From: Callorhinchus milii
Lineage: Eukaryota
Assembly: GCF_018977255.1 (NCBI RefSeq)
Contig: NW_024704743.1
Coordinates: 94,304,001-94,368,000, forward strand
Reading direction: 5' to 3'
DNA: 64,000 nucleotides
A program made the translations under genes and the position numbers. The notes under the pieces were generated by a model that saw only the letters and a program-made list of their open reading frames with translations, did not search any database and had not been told where the DNA came from. Shown here one piece after another: positions 1 through 11,704 of this stretch (the first letter of the stretch is position 1; the number at the start of each line of letters is the position of its first letter).

Positions 1-85
1 CAAGGTGGACGACAAAGAATCAAGTGATCCACAAAATTGGCTCCAGTCAGACTTGGATTAAGTATTAATATGATTTTTGACATCG

Positions 86-409
86 GCTAATAACTTTGAA
101 GAAAAATAAATGAAGAGCCTCCAAATATTCCATAGTTAACACCATAGTTAACGTAGATCATTCACCAATATAAAGTACTTATGGTTTCTGGCCAATAATC
201 CCCAAATTAAATTGGGTCACTGATTGACTCCTTGGCTGTTTGTGAAACATTGCTGCCCACAACTGACTGCCGCGTATCCCCCCAAAGTCAAAATCAATTT
301 ACTAATGCCTTATCATGTCACTGAAATATCTCAAACGCTTCACATTCAGCTAATAACTTTGAAGAAAAATAAATGAAGAACCTCCAAATATTCCATAGTT
401 AACACCATA
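86..409. repeat. 61-bp direct repeat (86-146 and 349-409)
   Basis: GCTAATAACTTTGAAGAAAAATAAATGAAGA(G/A)CCTCCAAATATTCCATAGTTAACACCATA occurs twice with one mismatch. Confidence 0.9.
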
Positions 410-1383
410 TTCATAGATTCATAGAATGTTACGGCACATAAGGAGGCCATTCGGCCCATCGAGTCTGTGCCGGCTCTTGACAGAGCAAGTCACTTTCACT
501 AACCCCAATCACCAGCATTCTCCCCATAACCCTGCAAATCCGTCTTCCACAGATACCTATCCAGTTCTCTCTTAAAAGCTGTTATCGAATCAGACTTCAC
601 TACCCTTTCAGGCAGATCATTCCAAATTCGAACAACTCGCTGAGTGAAAAAATGTCTTCTAAACTCCCCTCTGCTTCTTTTCGTAGATATCTTAAGACTG
701 TGACCACGGGTCACAGACACACCTACCAGCGGAAACAGCTTTTCCTTATCTGGCCTGTCGAAACCTTTCATGATCTTGAAGACCTCTATCAGGTCCCCAC
801 GTAACCTTCTCTGCTCTAATGGGAAAAGTCCTAACTTCTCCAGCCTGTCCTCATAGCTAAGCTTCCCCATTCCTGGTATCATTCTCGTGAACCTCCTCTG
901 CACCCTTTCCAGTGCCTTAATGTCCTTCCTGAGGTAAGGTGCCCAGAACTGGATGCAGTACTCCAGCTGAGGCCTAATCAGTGTTTTGTATAGATTAACC
1001 ATAATCTCCCTCCTCACTATTTACTACCCTACCTAACTTTGTATCATCTGCAAACTTGGAAATAGTGCACTCCATGCCCAAGTCGAGATTATTAATATAT
1101 ATTAGAAAGAGCAGTGGTCCCAATACCCATCCCTGGGGGACACCGCTGCACACCTCCTTCCATTTTGAGAAACACCCATTAACCACCACCCTCTGCTTTC
1201 TGTCACTCAGCCAGTTCCTAATCCAAACTGCCACTGTCCCCTTAATACCATGGGCCTCTAATTTGTTTATTAATCTCTTATGCGGTACTGTGTCAAAAGC
1301 CATTTTGAAATAAATGGAAATAACGTCCACCGCATTTCCCTCATCAACCCTCGCAGTCACCTCTTCAAAAAATTCTATTAGAC
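410..1383 (-). mobile_element. CR1-type LINE, 5'-truncated (ORF2 RT C-terminal part, 3' UTR and ATTCTATG-like tail), with a frameshift/deletion near 1000-1017
   Basis: ORFs 995-1435 and 499-1017 encode SGVPQGWVLGPLLF...FADD and LYKTLIRPQLEYCIQFWAP...RRLRGDLIEVFKI...FFTQRVV, which are CR1 ORF2 motifs. The 3' end has the GATGGGCCGAATGGCCTCCT motif. Confidence 0.92.
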
Positions 1384-2805
1384 AGAGAAGTGCTTTGAGA
1401 TGTCTCGATGACATAAGGCATTGTATGAAATGCAAGGATTATTATTATAATAAAACTGCCCTTTATGATATAGAAATAAAATGGTAGATGCACATACTTC
1501 AGAATTCTATTAGCAAATAATTCTCTATGGCAGAGACCACCACGATCAATTGCCACGTCAAAAATGACAGCTTCAGACCTCTTTCTCCCAAAGCCTTAAG
1601 TGCTATGATCAATTATCAACTATTTTAGAGGTATTTCATAATTAATGTTGGCTTATGCTGTTTAAGCTGCGGTTTGTCTGCAGATGTTGGATCCATTCAA
1701 AAAAAATTCAACCAACACAGAATATTTATGATCATGTAGATCTGTCATTAAGAACCACAGGCTTTTGAATTGCTGATCTCCTGACAAGAATACAAGGACT
1801 CACTGGAGGCACATAAATAGGGACCTCACTTCAGATGGCCCAGTATACAATCCAAGGCTCAAGTTGATTATTGTAGCATCAAACTCTTATTTCTAGTAAC
1901 CAGACATAACACACCATCACACTGGTCAAAACCCCGAAATGATCCCAGTTATCCCTTACATCCTCACCAGGTTTTCAATGCCTGAACTGTATAGTAAGCC
2001 ACCAAAATTAAACATTGTATTTTGCCTTTCTTCCTCAAAGCTACCTCCAATTAACATCATTTTCATCTTCACTTTATTAATTCTGGATTGTCTGGACTTG
2101 ATATCAGGACCTACAGGTATGTAGTGAGGGGAGTGATCATTCCTCAAAATCAGAAATCTCTGACAGTTCCAATTCTCGACGCATGGTTAGAATAATTATG
2201 AGGCAGCCTTTTAGGAGATGGTGATCTTTTTGGTTGATACAAAATCTAAATAATCTTTGCATTTGATACAGGACCTTATCGTATTGTTGAGACATTTCAA
2301 GTAGCTCAGAGAATCTGGTCCCATCTAAACAGGCTCTGTTATAAGCCTCTTCTTCAACAGAGATAGTTGACAGTTGTTGTCCCTATTATTACCCATTCTT
2401 CACTCCCCTCCTTCCCCAGAGCCTAAAGCTTGTACTTGGGCACCTGCTGATTTAGCATCTCCATTGTCAATGAGCACATACGTTGCTTCTGGTTAGTACG
2501 TAGATCTTTTGGGGATGATTTGATTTAGCTGTTTGTTTTCACTGTTAAGAGCTGCAATCTCAGTTTTTAGCAGATTTTCTTGTTTTTACTAAAGACTGTA
2601 CATAATAATCTTTGCATTTCATATAATGCCTTATTACATCAGCGAAATATCTCAAAATGTTTCAAAGAATTTGAAAAGGTTGTGTTTTTTAAGTATGCTC
2701 AATTATAAAAAAACTTTATATACATAACTATTTCAAAAGAGAGCGTCCAGCATATAAAGAAAAACACTTCATTTGCAAATCTATTCTCTTGCCTATTCTG
2801 CTTTC

Positions 2806-3162
2806 ATAATAATCCTTGCATTTGATATAGCGCCTTATCACATCTTTGAGACGTCTCTAAGCGTTTCACAGAATATGCTGTAAAGTGAATTGACTGTTTA
2901 TTTTGTAGGCGAAACGCAGCAGCCAATCGCACACAACAGTGTCCCACATACAGTTGTGGATTGAAGGAACTCATTTTTTTTAAGTAATTATTACTCCGGG
3001 AAAAGCGATCAGCCAGTCAACTAACAACTGGGTTCATACTTACTATTAGGTAAACAGAGGCGTGTGGAGTAAGGAAACTTGCCCAACATTTCCCGCTGCC
3101 GGGAATTGAACCCAGGTCTCTCGCTTGAGAGGCGAGTGCTCTAACCACTGAGCTACAGGACC
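2806..3162 (-). mobile_element. tRNA-headed SINE (tRNA head, CORE/Meta-like segment, 3' Deu-like segment, L2-type tail)
   Basis: Minus strand has A box TAGCTCAGTGG, B box GGTTCAATTCC, then TTGGGCAAG...GCCTCTGTTTACC, ATTGGCTGCTGCGTTTC and the tail AAGGCGCTATATCAAATGCAAGG(ATT)n. Other copies occur in the window. Confidence 0.85.
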
Positions 3163-3489
3163 TGAGCAAAAAAACATAAATCCACCCAAACCCCAGAAGC
3201 TGTCTAGTTTTCTGTGGTGAACAAAGACCTTCCCAATTTATGGGCGTGTTTCAACAAACAGTAACACCATACATCCACTGTAGCTGCACAGTACAGCTGG
3301 TACATTTCAATTAGAACCCCAACTGAGCAAAAGCATGGATTTTGTTGTGGAATCTGAAGAGATTTTTTCTTCCTGCAACTTTTCTTCTCTTTCCTAAAGG
3401 TGCCAACTCTTGCTAAAGGGGGAGGAGGGAACTAGTCATCTTCTTGTACTCTAACCATTCTTCCCAGGAGAACCCAACAACACCAAATT

Positions 3490-3682
3490 GCATTTATCTG
3501 GCGCCTTTCACGTCGGGAGGACGTCCCAAGGTCTCTGCTGAAGGCCTTTCTCTTTGACTGCGCCTTTGGTCACCTTCCTCCCGCATCCCCCTGACTCGGC
3601 GCCAGGATCCATAACTGTAAAGCGCTCTGAGATGCCATCCGGCGTGGAGGGCGCTATATAAATCCAAGTTGTTGTTGTTGCT
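3490..3682. mobile_element. Two back-to-back L2 3' ends (type A on -, type B on +)
   Basis: Reverse GGGACGTCCTCCCGACGTGAAAGGCGC at ~3500-3530, and forward GCGCTCTGAGATGCCATCCGGCGTGGAGGGCGCTATATAAATCCAAG(TTG)n. Confidence 0.75.
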
Positions 3683-3914
3683 GAAAGTCGAGTTATGGGT
3701 TGGATTTGGGAGGAGAGAGGGTAGGCAGTGGGGGGAAAGGTTAAAACTTAATATTGAAGGCAAGAATGAATGCAATTTTACAATATTGGACTGTATATTT
3801 TAAGTATATATAAAGCAACTGGTTTGGTCAAGGAATGTTGAACCAAAACCGATAGCTTTTTTGGAATAGGAATGCTGTTAGTTAGTTCCAATAAGCACCA
3901 TCACACAGAGGATA

Positions 3915-4350
3915 CAGTTCAAAATCCTGATCCTCACCTTCAAAGCCCTCCATGGCCTTACTCCCCCCTAACTCTGCGACCTCCTAACCCGCTATTAACC
4001 TGCCCGCTTCGTCCGCTCAGCGGGCTCAGCCCTGCTTCACGGCCCCCGCCTCGCCCACCCCACCACTGGTGGGCGAGCCTTCAACCACTCTGCCCCCACA
4101 CTCTGGAATTCCATCCTGCAGTCCCTCCGCCTTGCCCCCTCCCTTGCCTCCTTCAAGACCCATCTCAAGACCGTCCTCTTTGACCGTGCTTTTGATCATC
4201 CTCCTCCTCCCCCCCCCCCCCTCCCCCTCCCCACTGCCTTCCCCAATCCCAACCCTCAGCTCGGGTCCAAAATGACTGTCCAGCACCTTGGGATGTCTTC
4301 CGGATGTGAAAGGCGCTATACAAATGTAATTTTGTTGTTGCTGTTGTTGC
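3915..4350 (+). mobile_element. L2 LINE 3' fragment
   Basis: Similar to the 3' part of the 21817-23998 element; ends GTGAAAGGCGCTATACAAATGTAAT(TTG)n. Confidence 0.85.
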
Positions 4351-6499
4351 AACAATGGTACATTTGGATTTCATAATCTGCTTTTGCCACATTTTGCAGA
4401 GGGAAAGCAGAGAAGCCCCTGCTGCTCGACTGTACAAAAAATTATCACCAACTTGCATGTGTAGGCGTTATGCGTATGTGGAACCCTGGTTTTGATATTT
4501 TTAAGCATGGTGATGACACCCTGCTGACCAATAAAAAAAGGTTGGCAGAAGCAACTTATATCCCAATTCTCTTGGCAGAAAATGAAAGAGAGGTTGGAGA
4601 AATTTAAGCGCGTATGGTGGGAGGGGGGAGAAGGAGAAAGAATTCATATTGACAAGGATGAGATAGATATTGCTGCAGAAATTGAATAAATGTTGCACAA
4701 AATACTGAGTCCAACATTTTCTGATTAGATACAATAAATGCTGAATGAAGGATAAACATTTCTGTACTCTGCATCAACCACAAACTACTGCACCAACAGA
4801 ACATTTTCATTTTCCGCACCAATTCTATGCGGGCGGCCATGTGTGAGACCACCAATTTATGGGTAGTTTTGTGCTATGGAAACACCTGCAAATGAGACAT
4901 ATTTTTGAAACCACCTCCAAATTATTTCACATAAGATACTTACAGCTCACAGATTTAATCCAATTTTGATTAGATTTGCAACTATGACACAGAGGTGAAA
5001 GGGTGGTGTCCTAAACCAGTGTTGTTGAACCAAGATTTGTATTGAGCCACATGTGTGAATACCATCAAGAATACCACATAGATAGCAGCAAAACATAAGC
5101 AAATATTAGCAGTAACACATTAATGAGATTTGACAGTTGTTTTTCTCAACCAATTTCTGTAAATTCAGTGAAAACAATCGCGCACTCCTGCCACCAAATG
5201 TTAATTTGTCAAGATAGATCTTAATGTGCCGGCACAGGCACAATGGGCCGAATGGCCTCCTTCTGTGCTGTGATATTCTATCTATATTTTCCTTTGACGA
5301 AAGTGATCGTACAAAATATTGATTAGCAGATATGGTGATCTGAACACTGAAAAGTTTTGCCGCGATTGTTTTTACTCAGACAACTATTATTTTAAATGAC
5401 TATTTCAATTGAATATTCAAAAAGCCTGACTAGAGAATTTTGTACCACATACATAACACACGTTTAAATAGCCATGCATACGTCTCTGTAAGCAAATTGT
5501 CAGCGGGAATTATCTGAGACACATGCTTTCTGCTGAAGCTGAGGTAGCTTTGAGCCTCACCAAGACTGTTCATGAGCCACACATGGCTGATGGCCCTATG
5601 GTTCAACAACGCTGTCCTAAACAACTGAGCCACCTCATTTTAGCAACAGTCGGTATAGAATTTGGGAACCTTTTTAACTATGTCACTGCCTTGTAACACT
5701 CTTGATCAAGTTTGACTATGCATCAAGTAGCCTCAAAAATACAGTTAAGGTTTCTGAAACAAGAATATTTGATTTGCACTTCTATATAATTGCAGTTCAC
5801 AAAAGATCTGGTACAATGAAGCAATAAAAAAATGTGCTATTTTAGGTTCTTGTACATGAACTTCCTGTGCCCCTTCTATTTCAGTGAAAAGCAAAGGGAG
5901 CCATGCATCTGCCTGAATTACTATATGTTTAAAGCAACATAAAAAGGGAAATTTATTTTTGCTTTGGTATGCTGCAATGAGTGAAAGCAGATGTCCCTGG
6001 CTTAATATGAATATTTGATGCAATCTTAAAAATACAGGTCTAAATATTAAGATGCACAGCAATCATACAGAAAACTGGCTTCGAAGATGCACAGCAGTTT
6101 AATTGCAACCAACAGTTTTTCTACTTCTAAACATTTGACTTTTTTTATTGTTATGCAATATTTTCTCATTTCTCCTAACTCATCTACACTAGCACAAACT
6201 GACCTGCTCTTTTGATTTTGGTTCCTGATGCCTTTCACCACACTACGACTGACAGACATACTGGAAATAGATTCTTCTGCAATTAAAAGTGATACAAAGC
6301 AAGGAAATGAATGAAACACCCAAGCTATTCTAAAACTTCTAAAGGGCTCTGTGCTATCTGAAACTGCACATACTAACAATCAATGAGAATCCTAGCTTGT
6401 AACTGAACAGATACTATTACAAAATAACTTATCATTATTGGTTCAAATATAAAGGCTACAAAGGCATCGCTACTGAACAGTACTATTATCATTAATATA

Positions 6500-6750
6500 A
6501 TAAGAATATTGCAGCACAGACGGAGGCCAATCGGCCCATCGTGTTGTGCCGGCTCTTTGGAAGAACTACCGAATCAGTCCCACTCCCCCACTTTTTCCCC
6601 ATATCCTTGCAAAGTACTTATCCAATTTTCTTTTGAAAGTTGTTGTTGAATCTGTTTCCACCACTCAGGTAGTCCAGACCGTAACAACTCTCTGTGAAAA
6701 AGAATTCTCCTCATCTCCCTCTGGTTCTTTTGCCAATTATCTTCAATCTA
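6500..6750 (-). mobile_element. CR1 3' fragment
   Basis: GGAGGCCAATCGGCCCATCGTGTTGTGCCGGCTCTT 3' end shared with the 410-1383 element. Confidence 0.75.
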
Positions 6751-6754
6751 TACA

Positions 6755-7765
6755 ATATGAAATTACATTTGCATAGCACATTTCACACCGGGAGGCCATC
6801 CCAAGGCACTGGACAGCCAGGGATTTGTTCCCAAGCTGGGGGTCGGGATCAGGGAGGGTGGAGGCAGTGAGGCCAGGAAGACGGCCAAAGGCTCGGCCGA
6901 AGATGAGGGTTTTGAGACGCGTCTTGAAGGAGGCAATGGAGGGAGTGAGGCGAAGGGAATGTGGGATGAAGATGCATCGGGTAGGGGTAGAAAGGCTGAA
7001 GACCCAGCTGACGGCGGTATGAGCGGGCCAGTCGGGGGACGTGGCGCAGGCCAGAGCTTGCTGAGCAGAGGGAGCGGACAGGTTGATATGGAGTCAGCAG
7101 GTCACAAAGGTAGGGAGGGGCAAAGCCGTGGAGAACTTTCAAGGCACGAACGAGGAATTTGAACTCTATCCTCTGGGGGATGGGGAGCCAGTGAAGCCGG
7201 GGAAGGGTGGGGCTGATGGGGTCACAGAGCCTGGTGTGAGAGACGACATGAGCTGCAGATTTCTGGATGATCTTCAGCTTGTGGAGGGAAGAGCTGGGAA
7301 GACCGACAAGTAGGGAGTTGGCTTAGTCGAGCCTATAGGTGTGGATGAGGGTTTTGGCGGCCTGAAGGGTGAGGCAGTGGCAGAGTAGGGCAATGTTGCA
7401 GAGCTGGGGGAAGGCAGAGCGGGTTATGGCATGGATTGGGTACAAAGGGCAGTTGAGGGTCCAGCAAGACACCAACGCTCCAGACTGGACTCAGTGAGGT
7501 GGAATGTGCATCTTGGATTGTAATGCTGTCAACGCCTGAGAGGTGGAGGCGCTGACGGGAGCCAATCAGGAGAACCTCGGTCTTGTTGATGTTCAACTGG
7601 AGAAAGTTAGCTCTCATCCAGGACTTGATGTCTGACAGACATTCTGTCAGGACAGCAGGGGACCCTGGAGTCGAGGGTGCAGGCAGAAAGATAGAGTTGG
7701 GTGTCATCCATAAACATGTGGAAGGAAGTTGGCCCTATGTCTGTGGATGATGTCATCAAGAGAGT
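6755..7765 (-). mobile_element. Decayed L2 LINE fragment (RT C-terminus to 3' end)
   Basis: Minus ORFs give [37 protein letters not shown] and KVLHGFAPPYLCDLL. Confidence 0.88.
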
Positions 7766-8200
7766 AATGACTGACAACATATTATATACGCACATTCATA
7801 CACACATTTCTGGTTCAGATCAAAATCAATCTTTTAATGATCGAGGCATAATCTAAGACATTAGTTGAGGCTATTTTGTGGTATTATTTTGGTGTTGGTA
7901 CAACCTGGCAAAATGATTCGTGTCACTGTAAAAAATGAGAACAACAACAAGATTACATTTGTATAGCACCTTTCACGTCAGGAGTCCTGTCCCAAGGCGC
8001 TGGACAGTCAGGGATCTGCACCCAGTCATCAGAAAGTGATTTATTTAACTTGAAATTGATGGCTGAACCTAGTATATTGTTAAAAAGGAAAGCAAAACCA
8101 GGTATGCCTTGCAATTGGAAAAAAAAAGAGAGATGAAGCGGAAACCTATATTGCTGCGGGCGGGGACAGGTAGGTGTCCAACGCACATAGAAACCCATGT

Positions 8201-8689
8201 GGAGTCCTGTAGCTCAGTGGTTAGAGCACTTGCCTCGTAAGCAAGAGACCAGAGTTTGATTCCTGGGCAGGGCGAAATGTTGGGCAGGGCAAAATGTTGG
8301 GCAAGTTTCCTTACTCCACACTTCTGTTTACTTAGCAGTAAGTAGGAACCTGGTTGTTAGTCGATTGGCAGATCGTTTTTCTGGGAATAATAATCCTTAA
8401 AAATAAATAATTTGGTCACTCAATCCACGACTGTTTATAGGACACTGCTGTGTGCTGCCGTGTTTCGACCACAAATAACAACAACAAAATTACATTTATA
8501 GAGCGCCTTTCACATCGGGAGGACGTCCCAAGGCGCTGGATAGTCAGGGGTTAGACCCGAGCATGCGGGAGGGGTGGGGTAATCAATAAACAGTCAATTC
8601 ACTTTACAGTATATTCTGTTAAGCGCTTTGAGACATCTAGAAGACATGAAACATGCTATATCAAATGCAAGGAGAATTATTATTATTAT
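8201..8689 (+). mobile_element. tRNA-headed mosaic SINE interrupted by an antisense L2 3' end (8477-8580)
   Basis: GGAGTCCTGTAGCTCAGTGGTTAGAGCAC head and the same body as 2806-3162. The body resumes at AATAAACAGTCAATTCACTTTACAG after the insert. Confidence 0.85.
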
Positions 8690-9759
8690 CCTCCTTAAGA
8701 TGAGTCTCCCCAAGCCATGGAAAAAAAACGATTGTGCTTGCCCACACACAGTTCAGTACAACAACACAAAGAACTGGAAATCTCATACTCCACAAAAATA
8801 TGAGCAACAAAGTAGCAGGGTTCTGATCGCTAAAGTTACAATAAGAGTATGAGCGTCAAATTCTACTTCACAAAGCATTCTCTGTGCTATCCCATGGCTC
8901 TGCCCATAGAGCACAGAAGCCAAAACAAAACTGTACAAACACTCCAGGAAATCACACACCATGTCAGTATAATATCCATCAGTCCCACCACATCTTGCAC
9001 CCACAAAATACCAAGTCAATTCACTTTACAGTTATTCTGTGAAGTGCTTTGAGATGTCTCAAATGCGCTACGTCAAATGCAAGGATTATTATCTTTGGGA
9101 GGAGTGAACCTGTCTCCTTGCTGTACAAAGTAGTGGAATTCTGGGTTGCACTGTAGAAAGGTAGAGCCGGGTTTGGCAGTCATGGGAAGCACCGCCGTCA
9201 GGCATTACCGCCCTGTGAAATTGTTGGGAGGCACGCAACTGGCGTCTCCCCTCGTGCATGCCGCACACTCCCAAGGAAGTTGCGCCCCACAGTTTGAGAT
9301 CCTCTGGAATAGGGGACTGAATGAACAGCTTGCTCTGAGAGCTGGTACAAACTTGATGGGTCAAATGGTCTTGCTCTGCATTGTACATTTCTACCATTGT
9401 ATAAAATGCCAACAAATTTTCTTTTGTCTGGAATGGAGAACTCTCTCCCCAGAGGGGCACATGCTGCATCCTAACCCTCGATACTATTAGGTGCAAGATG
9501 GCATGAACAGAGGCTTGGGAACTCCAGAGTTTGCTTTGGGACTACTGCCGGAGTTTAACATATATTGTGGGTGTTTAAAATAAACACACACAATGCCCGT
9601 GGGAGTTTACCCATGAATTTTTGTGCTCAAGTACCTCTAAACGTTGTAATGAAGGTATCTAAAAGCACACTAAATATTACAGTCACCCTTTACTTGCATT
9701 TTGCTGGATTATCCTATTTTGAGGCTTTGACACGTTGCAGCACACACCCGAAGCCAGAC

Positions 9760-10354
9760 CACAGCAGCTGCGTGGCGCTGCGCAACACTTGGGGACACAT
9801 CTGCGGATGTCGCAAATTATTTTTTAAAAAATAATGAAACACATGCAGTTCGGGATTTATCAGTTTGTCACGACGTCCTTACAGTAAAATATCGTCAAGT
9901 TTATATATATATATACACACATATATATATTATATTCTTATTTCCTGTTCCATTTGCCAGTGGCCCTCAGGGGGAGGTGGGACTGTGGGTTTACACTCAC
10001 ACACACCAGACTGCTCGGCCGCTCCTTCTTGGCCGCCCACCTTTCTGAGTGACAAAAGGTTTGCGGAGCGGCAGAAAGAGCGAGAAAAAAAGGAGCAGTT
10101 TGACGGGGGGGGGGGACTCTCTGTCTGCAAATAATGTCGGTTTACCACGAGGAGCCGAGAGGAGGAGGGGGGGGGGGGGAATAGGCTCTTTTTTTAATTA
10201 AAAAAACCCATAAATCACACTTGTCACCATTTTATTTTCAATCGAAAATCGCCCTGCGTTTTACTCACTGTTTTGGGCTGTGTATCTCTCGCCAGTACTT
10301 TGTATAGACAGGTTTCTTTATGAAAGGAAATGGACCGTGATAGGGGGTAGTTAC

Positions 10355-10385
<31 letters not shown>

Positions 10386-10491
10386 CCCCCCTCCCCAATG
10401 TACTCCTCTTTCTCCAAATAATAAATAGCAACTTTGTTCAGGGGGAAGATGCCAAACGTGTGTAGTTATTTTTATATTCAAAATAAAAGTC

Positions 10492-10523
<32 letters not shown>

Positions 10524-11200
10524 GGTTGGTGTAGTATTTCCTTTGAAATGATCCCCGGCAATGAGATAAGTGTCGCTCTTTCCTATTGACAAGCTGCAGC
10601 CTGTCTCCCTGTCACACCAGAGAGGCCCGGGCCAACCGTTACCATGGCGATCGTCACAGAGCCGCTACTCGTCACGTGGTGACGCTCGCGCATCCCGCCC
10701 CGCCCCCCCCCCCTCGGACAACACGCTCTCTAGTCACGTGACCGTCCGGCGCCTTACCGTCACGCGTGCCGCCCCTCCTGCAGCTTCACGTCATCACCCT
10801 CCTCCGCCACTGCGCTAAGAGTCACGTGAGCCCCCCCCCTCCCCTCACCCCGCCCTGACGTCACGTGAGATTGAGCTCTGGGCCTCTCCCTCTCCTCCTC
10901 CACGTCTGCAGCGGCCTGAGCACCAATAGCTGCGGCAAGTGCACAGTGGCGCCCCCCCGAGGCCCCCCCCCGTGTCCCAGCCTCAGGCCGCCACACCCTT
11001 CCGACAAAGCGAACAGCTGCGTTGCAAACAATAAGAGAAGACGCAGAAGGGCCTGAATTGCAAATTGCTAACAGCAGTGGCTCCTTCCAATATTTGTTTG
11101 TGTGGGGTCGGGTGCGGAAACCTATGGTACGACGAAGTTACGTTGTGCGTGTAGCGCCTTTCACGTCGGGAGACCGCCCCAAGGAGCTGGTGTCCAACCA
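9760..11200. promoter_or_regulatory. CpG-rich island and probable promoter of a minus-strand gene downstream of DTNA (candidate MAPRE2 by synteny only)
   Basis: Strong local CpG/GC enrichment against AT-rich flanks; GC boxes; CCAAT at 10923-10927; E-box/CRE cluster at 10671-10869; minus-strand donors CG|GTAAGG (exon end 10758) and CA|GTGAGT (exon end 10269). Confidence 0.75.
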
Positions 11201-11704
11201 GACAGACTTCCATCCATTCCATCTTACACATGGAATTTCCCGTGTTTGGGAATGGAATGCACACTCAGCTATTACAGCCAAAACCCCACGCACAGAATTA
11301 GGACATAAATCGCAAATTGAAAATAGAAGCGACTCTTGGCCAAATGCGCTCTTTATCTGTCAATGGCGGAAAATACAGTCTCGAGCGCCTCCTCTTCAAC
11401 TCGCGCATTCGGACACCCTCCTACCGCCACCCTCCCTGCCCTCCACCATCCCCTGATCCAAATTCCTGACTGCCCAGCACCTTGGGACGTCCTCCCGACG
11501 TGAAAGATGATATACAAATGTAATTTGTTGTTATTGTTGTTTATCAATTGTACCACTTTCCAAAAATAAATTGTCCAGAACAGTGAATGATTTTTATAGC
11601 ACGAGCTGCATTGCTCAAAAACATTTCAACTATGACATAGGATTTTCAGTCAACTTTTCAATACCCTCTCCATTGAAAATTACAAACTTTCAACCACGAG
11701 TGAA

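Noticed and set aside
1956..2147. Possible minus-strand exon of the downstream gene
   Set aside because: AG and GT sites exist, but the translation does not resemble MAPRE2 or any protein I recognise.
3090..3162. tRNA gene (also 8201-8275, 33290-33360, 60705-60776)
   Set aside because: A/B boxes and an anticodon-like arm are present, but the loop differs between copies, the acceptor stem does not pair well, and each continues into a SINE body.
10570..11456. ORFs over the CpG island
   Set aside because: GC-rich sequence is depleted of stops, and the peptides match nothing I recognise.
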